Shown here piece by piece: positions 1 through 12,607 of a DNA stretch of 64,000 nucleotides. Position 1 is the first letter of the stretch, and each line of letters begins with the position of its first letter. The position numbers were made by a program, and so were the translations under genes. The notes beneath the pieces were generated by a model, which ran no database searches, was not told the DNA's origin, and worked only from the letters and a program-made list of their open reading frames with translations. The DNA is from Octopus sinensis (Eukaryota): contig NC_043011.1 of NCBI RefSeq assembly GCF_006345805.1, positions 32,252,464 through 32,316,463 of the forward strand. Reading direction: 5' to 3'.

Positions 1-1220
1 GAGGTACATGCACCCTCCCTCTCTCTCTCTCTATATATATATATATCATCAGTAAATCATAAGTCCAAAAAAGAAGCAGACCCTTAGAGCCTATAGGGCA
101 CTGACCATTAGGGTCTGCAGAGACACTGTAAAGTTAAACGCTTTATGAACATGAAACCCTGGGTAACCTCATTGACCCACAATAACTATCTTTATCTAAT
201 ATATGCGTGTGTGTGTGTGTGTGTGTGTTTGTCCCCCACCACTGCTTGACAACTGGTGTTAGCGTATTTGGCAAAAGAGAGCTGTAGAATAAATACTATG
301 CTTTAAGAAAATAAGTCTTGGGGTCGATTCATTTGACTAAAAATTCTTCAAAGCAGTGCCCCAGTATGGCCACAGTCCAATGACTGAAACAAGTAAGAGA
401 GATAAAATAATCTGAATGCTAAAGGATTAAGCTAACGGTCATATACTGTGGTCAGTTTAATTAACTGCAGTTTTCCTCTCAAACGTTTGGTCCATCTTCC
501 ATACATGCATGTGTAGGACAGTTCACTAGAAATCATCATTATCATTATTATTAATTTAATTAAGGTGGTGAGTTGGCAGAATCGTTACCACACTAGACAA
601 AATCTTTCACGATATTTCTTCCAGATTTATATTCTGAGTTCAAATTCTACCGAAATTGATTTCGCTTTTTTATCCTTTCATGGTCAGTAACATAAGTAGC
701 AGTTGAGTACTGGAGTTGATGTAACCTCCCAAAATTTCAGACCTTGCACCAATAGCAGAAAGGATTACTGATTTTATCATTAAGGCAGTAAACTGGTAGA
801 ATTGTTAGCTCATCGGACAAAATGCTTAGTGGCATGTCTTCACATCTGAAATCCTGTATTTATTTCATCGACTCCAAAAGAATGAAAAGCGAAGTTGAAC
901 TTGGTGGAATTTGAACTCAGAACATAAATGTTGTTAAGCATTTTGCCTGGCATGCTAATGATTCTGCCAGCTTGCCACTTTTCTACTCAAGCCCCGAAAT
1001 TTTGGGAGAGGGGGACAGTTGATTAGATCGCTCCCAGTACACAACTGGTACTTAATTTATAGACCCCCAAAAGGATGAAAAGCAAAGTCAACCTCGGCAG
1101 AGAACGAGAGAAATATTAAAAATTAACTTAAAAGCTGCACACAGTGTGGACTTTGAAGATGGCTCCTGCAGAGAGCTAATTGAGCCTGAGGCCCAAAACT
1201 TAAGATAATAATAATAAAGC

Positions 1221-1253
<33 letters not shown>

Positions 1254-1534
1254 GCATTTATTAGTACTCTACCAATATGGTATTACTTTAAATGCAGTTT
1301 AAAGGAAAAACTTGTAAGTTCTCAAATTTTGGGAGTTCTTTTAAAATATGAATTTTTAACTGTTTGCATATAACAAATCCTCATTGAGACCTGATCCCAA
1401 TGCTGGATGTTCAAGAACCAAATGAAGGGCAGATTTTCAATCCCAGGATCATCCTTATTCCAGAAAGGCAGAGCAAATGTAGATTGAGATACAAGGGTCC
1501 CAGACAGATGGACAGACAGAATTTCACATTTATT

Positions 1535-1775
1535 CATCATCATTCTTTAATGTCTACCTTCCAAGCTGGCATGGGTTTGATGGTTTGACAGGAGCCAGCC
1601 GGGCAGGAACCTGCACCAGACTTCTGTATCTGTTTTGGTAGGGTTTTTACAGCTGGATGCCTTTCCTGACACCAACCACCCAGCAGAGTAAACAGTGCTT
1701 TTTACATGGCACGAGCACAGGCAAGGTCAGTTCTGACAAGGTTTTTACAGATGGATGCCCTTCTAAATGCCCTTC
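1535..1775 (-). mobile_element. RTE 3'UTR tail fragment
   Basis: (CAT)n + ggatgcc(c/t)ttcct motif. Similar short tails at about 5348-5585, 20220-20295, 22880-23030, 24510-24600, 31140-31400 and 32160-32470. Confidence 0.7.
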
Positions 1776-2462
1776 AGAAGCTGGAGGGTATATCAGCCAA
1801 AGTGTTGTGTTAACAACAAGTAAGATGAGGACAAATATCTGTCAAATGTAAATAATGTAAATAATATATATAATTCCTCATCTCTTAAATATAGAACTGA
1901 CTTCTACTCTTCACTGCAAAACTAATAATATGAATTCTTTTTCTCTCCTTCTTTTGGAATTCAGAGGAATTCAAGACAGGATGCCCAGCTGGATGCCCTT
2001 CTAAAAAGGAAAAGAAAACATTAAAAAGTTTGAATTTAAATTGGTCAGCATCAACCCAGTGATGCCAAAGAGGCAACACCAAGATGACCATGTCAGAAGA
2101 TCTCACACCAATAGCATATGACATTTACTGACATTAACACTAATTTATTATTAACTAGCAATATATTGTGATTCCTACATATTTGTAATGTGGTTCTATA
2201 AGCAAACTGTGTAACTTTTGTAACTGTATTAATATTACTAATGTATATTATTGTTGCATTTTGCATATCTGTTATCACTGAGGGAATGGTGTGTTAACTA
2301 CTTTTTGAATTACTCGGTTTCTATGATTATGTTTCCTTGGTAACAACACCCGGATTTAAGAAAGGAAACAATGATGATGACAATGAAGAAATGTCTGAGT
2401 GTAGGACCCCAGAAGGGAACAAAAGAGATACAATAAGTATGATATGTGGGACTGCTGATGCT

Positions 2463-2675
2463 TTAACCCTTTCGTTACTGTATTTATTTTGAGATGCTCT
2501 GTGTTTCTTTCAATTACTTTAAATATAACAAAGAATTTAGTAAAATAACTTAGTTATCATTCAGCTAGTGTTAGGAACATAAATTGTGACTAATGTTTGG
2601 TGGAAGATTTTAATTCAAAATTTATGAAAACAGGACACTTGTACTCAGAGCCAGAGCTGGTTTCAGCCAGGTTGG
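2463..2675 (+). mobile_element. piggyBac-type MITE (TTAA-CCCTTTCGTTAC), right end truncated
   Basis: Begins TTAACCCTTTCGTTAC and ends ...GGTTGGTAAC, a partial inverted copy of the left end. Confidence 0.55.
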
Positions 2676-3263
2676 TAACTGCCAGAAATTTGAGTCGTCT
2701 GAAGATGATGGAGGCAGCAGTAGCTTCTGTTAGTGTTGAGCCACATCTTATTAGTTTCATCAATTCCAAGGGTCAACTTTACCTGGTCTTTGTAACAGCA
2801 AAGAGGACACCACTGTTGGTTAATTCTCTGAAATGATGGTTGTACAGTCAACCATAGTTGTTCAGAATAATCTTTTATTTTTTACTTGTTTCATTCAGTG
2901 GACTGTAGCCATTCTGGAGCACTGCCTTGAAGGGTTTAGTGAAATAAATTGACTCCAGTGCTTACTTTGTAAGTCTGGTATTAATTGTATATTAGGAGAT
3001 TTCTTTGTCTCATTGTTGGGATTAAGTGTAGTTCAGAAGATTCCAGTAACTGGAATATGGATTCATTCATGTGGTCTGAAATGAATTTGGGAGTAAGAAC
3101 TGTATGTGGTGAAGAAAAGGGAGTGTTCCCAATAGAAGCCAAAGAGGAGAAGCTTATATAGACTACAGTTCTCAATGCCTTTTTTTTTTACCAATAAAAA
3201 TACACCATTACACACTTTCATAGTAATTGGAATTAGTTGATGGTCTAGAACAATTCTACTCTT

Positions 3264-3409
3264 ATTTACATTATTTACATTTGACGGATATTTGTCCTCA
3301 TTTTGTTTGTTGTTAACATGACGTTTCGGCTGATATACCCTCCAGCCTTCTTCAGGTGTCTTGGAGAAATTTCAAACCTGGGTTCTCATTCCTAAGGTAT
3401 TTTTCGATG

Positions 3410-3447
<38 letters not shown>

Positions 3448-3774
3448 GTTGTTGTTGTTGTTGTTGTTCAGGTCACTGCTTGGAATCAAACTTGGAATCT
3501 TGGGGTTAAGAGCGAGGGCTACTAATCCCAAGATTCCAAGCAGTGACCTGAACAACAACAACAACAACAGCAGCAGCAGCAGCAACAACAACAACATCGA
3601 AAAATACCTTAGGAATGAGAACCCAGGTTTGAAATTTCCCCAAGACACCTGATGAAAGCTGGAGGGTATATCAGCCGAAATGTGTTAACAACAAACAAGA
3701 TGAGGACAAATATCTGTCAAATGTAAATAATGTAAATAATGTACATAATTCCTCATCTCTTAAATATAGAACTG
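3264..3774. mobile_element. Head-to-head pair of a tRNA-headed element with a Penelope-type, hammerhead-containing 3' end
   Basis: Long inverted repeat (3264-3500 vs 3523-3742) flanked by a 12-bp direct repeat AATTCTACTCTT (3252-3263, 3775-3786). The centre holds tRNA-like pieces; each arm has (AAT/AAC)n and a CTGA(A/T)GA...GAAA core. Confidence 0.75.
3316..3360 (-). ncRNA. Minimal type I hammerhead ribozyme motif
   Basis: GACAC CTGAAGA A GGCTG-gagggtatat-CAGCC GAAA C GTC ATGTT: core intact, 5-bp stem II, palindromic ACGT stem III, C-A mismatch at the first stem I pair. Confidence 0.6.
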
Positions 3775-3834
3775 AATTCTACTCTTCACTGCAAAACTAA
3801 CAATATGAATTCTTTTTCTCTCCTTCTTTTGGAC

Positions 3835-5140
3835 AATATAGCCTGGTTCTGACAATACTTTCCAACAGAAAGTTACAAAAAGAGACATATAAAGAAATAG
3901 TTTGTGGTAAACTTATTGAGACTTAGAAGCTCCCATGTCTTGAGATGCATGAGGCAGTCAAAGTGTGCCCAATAATCATGGTTCCTTGCTTTTCTCAATG
4001 TGTCATTCTACATTCTGTCAATCAGCTGCATGTCCCTGTTGGCTGTTTGGTGCCAGTTTGTCTTTGGGTGTCTTCTTCATCTCTTTCCATAGGTTTTTCA
4101 CTGAAGGATTTAGTTGGTGGTTTCTCTCATGTAGGGGATTGTATTTTGTGGTAAGTAGTTTTCTATATTTACCAAACCCCATCCTCCCAATGTACAAAAT
4201 AGGTATATCCTGTCTATACCAGCTTTAGAGCGATGACTTTGGTCATTAGTTTCCTAGTGTCTCCATCTAAGCACTTCAGTTCAATTAGCTTCCAATATAT
4301 TGTAGGAGCCAAAACTTTAGATTATAACAAGAATAACTAGTGAATTCATATTTATCATATTTCTAACACTGAATTCATTTTTTTTTTTTAAGTTTGACCC
4401 TTCTCAAGTGCTCTCTTCTAATTTTCTCTTTCATTTCAATATGCTGAATCTTATCAGTTTCAACTATTAAGTACTTGCACGAGTGGTTTTGCTCTAACTG
4501 TCTGACTTTTGCATTTAAATTTAATTCAGTATTCTCAGTTTTAGTTAATTTGCCTCTTATGGTGGCTTTAATACTTTTGTCTAATCCCATGCTCATATCT
4601 GTAACTTGTCTAAAAGCATAAACAATTTTAAGTGGGTTCTTCAGCCAAGTATAGACTCTTGTGAACAATATTTAAATCATACACATAAAGGAGATAGTTA
4701 TAATTTACAACCCATGGTGGTTTAATTCAACATATTTGTTAACGGTATCAGAACAACATAGAAAAGTAGACAGAGATAAGGAGTCTTCCAGAAAGATTCT
4801 TCATCAAATGGATATAGGATTGATTTTAATTAATTGTTCTTTGCTTTGCAGTAATGCAGTTGTTCCCCATTTTAATACAACATGGTTGATGTATCATATT
4901 GGTATTGGCCCTACGTTATTTGTATGGAGTGTTCCTTGTATCTAAGAAGACAGCATGCTGTTAAATGCTTTTTTGGTAAACAATTCATGCCATACTAAGA
5001 TCTATTTTTCTCTCTTTACTGTCTTCTGTTACAGCTTGGTTTGCCAGGAGTTGTTTTCAAGCCTTACATCCCTTTCCAACACCCTTTTTTCTGTGATAAG
5101 ATATAATTACTTTCTAGGTGACCAACCAATCTGTTATAGA
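3835..5140 (-). mobile_element. Decayed R4/Dong-like non-LTR retrotransposon RT fragment
   Basis: Decayed IFxxDSLS and MGLDKSIKATIRGKL...CKYLIVETDKIQHIEMKEKIRREHLRRVK, resembling the R4-clade GLDKCAK...YKYLG...EMKEKIRKEYxRRVR motifs. Confidence 0.7.
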
Positions 5141-5148
5141 GTATAAAT

Positions 5149-5728
5149 CAGGGGTTCTCAACCAGTTTTTACCTATGGACTCCTTTCATTACCATTTTAT
5201 TCTGGTGGACCCCCAAAACCATTCAATATTTACATTCTAGTTTTACAGATATTTCTTTCAAAATTCCTATTTTGTTTTTTACACATTAACTTGTATAGGT
5301 TGAACCATGTAAAATGTAGAGAAAGAAACCTAGTTCCTTTTTATAATACATCATCATCATCGTCGTCGTTTAACGTCCGCTTTCCATACTAGCATGGGTT
5401 GAACGGTTTGACTGTGGGCTGGCAAACCAGATGGCTGCACCAGGCTCCAGTCTTGATCTAGCAGAGTTTCTACAGCTGGATGCTCTTCCTAATGCCAACC
5501 ACCCCGAGAGTGTAGTGGGTGCTTTTACTTGCCACCGGCACGGGGGCCAGTCAGGCAGTACTGGCAATGACCTTGCTTGAATTTTTACACATGGGCCAGT
5601 CAGGCAATTTTTTTTCAGGGGCCCTTAAAATATCACTGTGGATCCCCAATTTATTATTTTGTTGCATGGACTCCACAAATCTTATATGGACCCTCAGGGG
5701 CCATATGGACTCCCATTGCAAACCACTG
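5149..5728 (+). mobile_element. hAT-type MITE with nested RTE tail
   Basis: Ends CAGGGGTTCTCAA / TGCAAACCACTG; perfect 8-bp TSD GTATAAAT (5141-5148, 5729-5736). Confidence 0.85.
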
Positions 5729-5934
5729 GTATAAATGAATAAGTTTTGTAAGCTGTTGTCAAATGTAGAAGGTACATGGCTCAGTAGTTAGAGTGGTTTC
5801 AAACTGACAGAAAAAGCAAAAGAAAATCACTACATCATATCTACAAGGCTCTTAAACAAACTGAAAAATCCAGCAGAAGAAGATTTGATATGTTTTTTCT
5901 CAAATGAGAAAAACTTTGATTAAGTTCAATAAGT

Positions 5935-6588
5935 TAAAGGAAGAAATGACAGATAGTTATGTGCAGACCCTTCTGAAGTTCCAAGTGTTATGTATACAAA
6001 GTTTCCTGCAGCTGTCATAGTTTTAAGGGTTGTGAGTAATGAAGGACATGTGATGCTGCTTACTTCTTTCCACAGGGCTTCAGAGTTAACTCTGCTGCCT
6101 ACATTGAGGTCCTGGAAATAACTGTTAAGCACTGGATAGACAGTGTATGCAACGGGAAGGCCATATGTGTTTCAGTAAGACTCTGCACTATCACACATGG
6201 CTCTAGTAACAGAGGAATGGATGACTGGAAATTTTCATGATCACATAACCCCTAACATTTGGCCTCCAAATTCCCCAGATCTCAATCCATTGGACTATTA
6301 CATGTGGAGCATTGTTGAGAGAGAGAGGTCAATGAACAAGCCCATAACACCAAAGATTCTTTGAAAGCTGCCATAGTCAGAGTAATGTCCAAAATGAACC
6401 AGGACCATTTGATTCGAGCATGTAGATGATTTAGATCTTATATAGAGCAGTGTTGAAGCGAAGGGGGCTTTATGAATAACATTATAGAAAGAAGGTTTAT
6501 TTTTCTCCTCATAGCATTTTTGATAAATAAAGTTATTATCTGTTATTATATAAACATAAATCTATCCTCAAATATCTTATGCACCCTG
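5935..6588 (+). mobile_element. Tc1/mariner (DD37D/maT-like) transposase 3' remnant
   Basis: Decayed peptide ...YVFQxDSA...WPPNSPDLNPLDYYMW...; right end GCACCCTG followed by TA. Confidence 0.8.
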
Positions 6589-6589
6589 T

Positions 6590-7316
6590 ATGTATAACAA
6601 CACACACACATGTATATATATACACATAATACACATATATATACATACATACATATATATATTATATATATAATATAATATATATATAGATATATATATA
6701 TACATATATATTATATATATATACATATACATATATATATATATACATATATATAATATATATACATATATATATAATATATATATGTACATATTTATAT
6801 ATCTATATTTATATTAATATATATATATATATATCTATATATATACATATATCTATATACAATATATATATATACATATATACATATATATATATATATG
6901 TACATCATATATAATATCCTATACATATATATATATATATATATATTATCATATATTATCATATATATATATATACATATAATATATTATTATACATATA
7001 TACATATATATATATATACATATATATTATATACTATATACATCTATACATATATATAATTATACCATAATACATTATATATATATACATATATATATAT
7101 ATATACATATATACATATTATATAGATATATATACATATATATATATATAACATATATATATATATATATAACATATATATTATATATACATATCTATAT
7201 ATATATATATATATATATAATAAATTATATATATACATATAATATATATATATATATACATATATACATATATATATATTATATATATATACTATATATA
7301 TATATATATATATTAC

Positions 7317-7349
<33 letters not shown>

Positions 7350-8339
7350 CATATATATATACTATATATATATATTATATGATAATACATATATATACTA
7401 TATATAATATATAATATACATATATATATATATATATACCTATATATATATACAATATATATCCTATATATATATACATATATATAATATATATCTACAT
7501 ATATATATATATACACATATATAATATACATATATATATATACCATATATATTATATATATATACATATATATATATATACATATATTATATATATACCT
7601 ATATAGATATATACAATATATATCTATTAATATACAAGATAAATATACATATATTATATCTATATATACATATATATTATATATATATACATAAATTATA
7701 TATATATATACATATATTATTATACATTAATATATATAACATTTTATAATATATATACATATATATATATATACATATATTAGTATATAATATACAATAT
7801 ATATATATATATCTATATATATATATACATATAATATATATACCATATAATATATATATATATATATATACATATATAATATATATATATATTATACATA
7901 ATATATTATATATATATACAAAATATTATATACATAAATATTATATATACATAATATATATATATATGATAACTATATGATATATACATAAATATTTATA
8001 TTATACATATTATATCTTTATACTACATATATATATATATATTACTATATATATATAATATACCTATATATATATATATACATACATATATATATATTAT
8101 ATATATATATATACATATATAGTTATATATATATACATATATATATATAATTATATACTATATATACCTATCTCTATATATATATACATATATATATATA
8201 TATACATATATATAATACAATATTATATATATATATATACATATATCTATATATATACATGATATATATATATATATTATACTATACACACATATATATA
8301 TATATAACTATATATTATACATAATATATATATATATAC

Positions 8340-8418
<79 letters not shown>

Positions 8419-8468
8419 ATAATTATATCACATATATATTATATTATATATATACACATATATATAAT

Positions 8469-8502
<34 letters not shown>

Positions 8503-8539
8503 CTATATATATACTATATATATATATATATACACATAT

Positions 8540-8573
<34 letters not shown>

Positions 8574-8610
8574 CTATATATATTATATATACATATATAT
8601 ATATATATGC
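6590..8610. repeat. Degenerate (TA)n/(TACA)n block
   Basis: About 2 kb of almost pure A/T. Similar blocks at 24170-24510, 29380-30550, 58130-58415 and 58850-59380. Confidence 0.95.
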
Positions 8611-8734
8611 ACACACACACAAAACACTATATTATTAAAATTAACAGAAAACAAAATATGAAGACAGGTGTAGGAACAACAAGCAGATGTATTAGCCAAT
8701 ATTGTGTATGTGTGTGTGTATATATATATATATT

Positions 8735-8952
8735 CTTTTATTTCTTTCAGTCATTTGATTGTGGCCATACTGGAACACTGCCTTTTGTTGAGCAAATCAA
8801 ACCCCAGGACTTATTCTTTATGAGTCTTGTACTTATTCTATCGGCCTCTTTTGCTGAACAGCTAAGTTATGGTGACGTAAACACACCAATATCAGTTGTC
8901 AAGTGATAGTGGGGGTACAAATACACACACACACACACACACATACACATAC

Positions 8953-8986
<34 letters not shown>

Positions 8987-9138
8987 GATATACGACAGAC
9001 TTCTTTCAGTTTCCATCTACCAAATCCACTCACAAGGCTTTAGTGAGCCCGAGGCTATAGTAGAAGACACTTGTCATGCAGTAGGACTGAACTCAGAACC
9101 ATGTGATTGGTAAGCAAGCCACTTATAACACAGCCACT
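8735..9138 (-). mobile_element. SINE family A
   Basis: Same consensus. Further copies or fragments at about 205-410, 10700-10865, 12140-12290, 12435-12585, 15245-15445, 17320-17640, 18650-18900, 32480-32640, 46560-46890 and 57270-57430. Confidence 0.8.
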
Positions 9139-9164
9139 CTGGCATCTATCTATCTATCTATCTA

Positions 9165-9203
<39 letters not shown>

Positions 9204-9257
9204 CAAATATACATATATATGTGTGTGTGTGTGGTATGTATTATACAAATATATATA

Positions 9258-9473
9258 TGAGGAGTTGCTGAAAAGTTCCTGCCTTTGAGTAAAAGAAAAT
9301 ACAGGAGAATCAGTTAATTGTGATTTTATTGAACATATTCCCTTCTCAGATTCACACACTTATTGCAGCTACCCTACAACTTTTCTAAGCCCTGTAAAAG
9401 AACTAGAAAATTAGGCCTCTAACCAGGCCTTTCATGATACCATTAAAGCCAGGAACTTTTCAGCACACCCTTA
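9258..9473. mobile_element. Mariner-type MITE (TIR GAGGGGTGCTGAAAAGTTCCTGGCTTT)
   Basis: TIRs with TA flanks. Further copies at 19836-20049, 25833-26034, 28262-28463, 44712-44922; partial at 46890-46955. Confidence 0.8.
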
Positions 9474-9701
9474 TATATATTATTATATATGTACGTGTGT
9501 ATATGTATACATATACATACATACATACATGCATATATATATTTCTTTATTGTTTCCTTAGAAAAAGGCTAATATACTTCAACTATGATTAATGGAGACG
9601 AAACCGGTTGGTCTTGCACAGCAAGTGATACATACACACATACACACACATATATGCATACACATATGCATTCATATATGCATACATATATGCATACATA
9701 C

Positions 9702-9751
<50 letters not shown>

Positions 9752-11619
9752 AACACACACATACACATATACATGCATTTGTTATCAACAGTCAGAAGAC
9801 AATCTAAAGAGAGAGAGAAGGAATCAGTTACTAAGAGAATAACTGAGGATAAGTGAGAGAGAGAGAGAGAGAGGAGGGAGAGAGAGTGGAGGGAGAGAGA
9901 GAGCTCCTGGAGAAAATAGTAAAGAAACAATGAAAGTAAATTGGGGATAGGTTGGAGACTAAATGAAAAGTGCAAGAGGAGTGAGGGAGGGTGGGTGGGT
10001 GTGAGCAGATTTAAAGTAGCAGAGCATGGTGGTGGTGGTAGTGGTGGAGGAGTATATAAAGTAAGAAAGGATGAGATAGGCAAAACAAACTGAGAAAGAG
10101 AGAGAGGGAAGGAATGGGGTGAGGGAATGGGATGAGGAAATACTAAGAGGAAAGATGAGGGCAGGCGGGGTGGGTGGGTGAAGACACTGAGGTGGTGGTG
10201 GGGGAGAAACTGAGAAAGGGAAATGGAGTAAAGAGGAAGGGAAAGAAGAGGAGTATATAAGCAATTCAGGTTATTGAAGAATAGAATAAAGAAATGGAAT
10301 CACAGGAAGGGTAGGTGTGTATTATACAAGGTCAGTGTTTATCTACATACCTATTGATATATTCCAGTTGACTGGAGTATGTCTGTAGGGCAGAGGTGGA
10401 GTGGGGTTGTGAAATAGTACATTCATATTTAACACATTCATCATCATCATCATCATCATCATTGATATTGTTTTAATGATCCCTTTTCCATGCTCATAAG
10501 GGTAAGACAGAATTTGATGAGATGGGGTTCTAATGGCAGGATACCTTTCCTGCAGCCAACTCTCACCTGTTTTTGAGCAAGGATTTATTTCCCATGGCAA
10601 GACAAGTTTTTCATGGAAGACTAGAAACAGAGGACACTGCTTACATACTGGTGACACTCATTTACAACTATCACATGATGTCAAGGTAACAAGACTGTGA
10701 CACACACAATGGGTTTCTTTTAGTTTCCATCCCTAAATGCAATCACAAGGCTTTGGTCATCTTGAGACTGAAGTAGAAGAAACCTGCCTGAGGTGCTACA
10801 CAATAGGACCGAATCTGGAACCATGTGGTTGGAAATTAAACTGATTACCACTCAGCTATGATTGCCCCTATTTACATTTAAAACTAGTTAAAATATTTAG
10901 CCTGAATTTCGGATGACATTATTAGTGCATCAAACAAAATTCCATACAGCATTTCTTCTGGTTCTTTATGATTTGAATTCAAATATTGCCAAGACTGCCT
11001 ATACTTTTCATACCCCCATGGTCAATAAGATAAAGTATCAAGCTACCAGACACGGGGTTAGTGAAGAGGCATGCTTTGCAACCATGTGGTTTGGGATTCA
11101 TTCCCACTGCATGGTACCTTGAGCAACTTCACCTGCAGCCTGGGGCCATCCAATGCTTTCTGAGTGAATCTGGTAGATGGAAATACTGTGGAAGCCTGTC
11201 CTTATTTAATGCTTTTTTGGGTCTGCATTTGCCTATATGTTATTATCATTTTTTTAATTGTTACACTAGATAATAACAGAGTCAATAATATCTTCGCAAA
11301 TATATTCTCTCAAATTATTTGCTCTGTATTGAAATTATTTTCACAGTGGTGACTGCTATGATTCAGTGCAAAATGAATCAGTAGCTGTGCAGACTTCAAC
11401 GTGATGGGTTAGGGCTTTCCATTATGGTAACGCATGCTGAGGAAGGTGAGGTTATAATGCCAGTCCAGAAACCAGTCCACGTAAGTCCAAATACTTGAAT
11501 GTCTGTTGAGAGATAGTCTTAGCCTGTTTGCCTGCAGGCAATTGATTTCTGTAGTTATTATCTGTGTCTTTTTCAGCAAATTAAGTAAGAGTTTTGACTG
11601 TTATTTCCAGCATATATAT

Positions 11620-11651
<32 letters not shown>

Positions 11652-11656
11652 CTAGC

Positions 11657-12118
11657 TTCTGTGCCGGTGGCACATAAAAAGCACCATCCGAACGTGGCTG
11701 ATGCCAGCATCGCCTTCACTGGCTTCCGTGCCGGTGGCACATAAAAAGCACCAACTGATCGTGGCCGATGCCAGTGCCGCCTTGACTGGCTTCTGTGCTG
11801 GTGGCACATAAAAAGCACCATCCGAACGTGGCTGATGCCAGCATCGCCTTCACTGGCTTCCGTGCCGGTGGCACGTTAAAAGCACCAACTGATCGTGGCC
11901 GATGCCAGACTCCCCTGGCACCTGTGCCGGTGGCACATAAAAAGCACCCACTACACTCACAGAGTGGTTGGCATTAGGAAGGGCATCCAGCTGTAGAAAC
12001 ACTGCCAGATCAGACTGGAGCCTGGTGCAGCCCCTGGCTTCCCAGACCCCAGTCGAACCGTCCAACCCGTGCTAGCACAGAAAACGGACATTAAATGATG
12101 ATGATGATGATGATGATA
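11657..12118 (+). mobile_element. RTE 3'UTR fragment with a 67-bp tandem array
   Basis: Five GCCGGTGGCAC(A/G)TAAAAAGCACC cores (11663, 11730, 11797, 11864, 11926), then GGTTGGCATTAGGAAGGGCATCC and a (GAT)n tail. Confidence 0.85.
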
Positions 12119-12607
12119 CACACACACATATATATATATGTACAATGGGCTTCTTTCAGTTTCCATCAACCAAAACCACTCACAAGGCTTTGATCAGCCT
12201 GAGGCTATAATAGAAGACACTTGGCCAAGGTGCCACGCAGTGGTACTGAACACAGAACCATGTGGTTGGGAAGCAAGCTTCTTACCACAAAGTTCACTCA
12301 AAGCATTGTAGTACCGAAGAAGATAGAGAAAAGGGGAAAATAAAAAAAAACTTCTGACAATATGTAAAGTGGTGGTGGAGGACAAGCACGGACACAAGGA
12401 CAGGCATGCACACACACACACATATTTTATATACATGTATACAATGGGCTTCTTTCAGTTTCCGTCCACCAAATGTACTCACAAGACCTTGGTTGGCCTG
12501 AGGCTATAGCAGAAGACACTTGCCAAAGTTGCCATGCAGTAGAACTGAGCCTGGAACCAAGTGGCTGGGAAGCAAGCTACTTAAGATTCTTTTACTTAGG
12601 TGATGTA

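Noticed and set aside
4093-4150. Plus-strand exon-like segment with a good acceptor and gtaagt donor
   Set aside because: It lies in the antisense strand of the decayed R4-like RT, is opposite to the host gene, and encodes no recognisable peptide.
10351-10382. 32-nt minus-strand exon candidate in intron 2
   Set aside because: The phase-compatible frame (HTPVNWNISI) does not resemble PSTPIP exon 3 (expected A-x-x-E-E-x-Y, ~75 nt).
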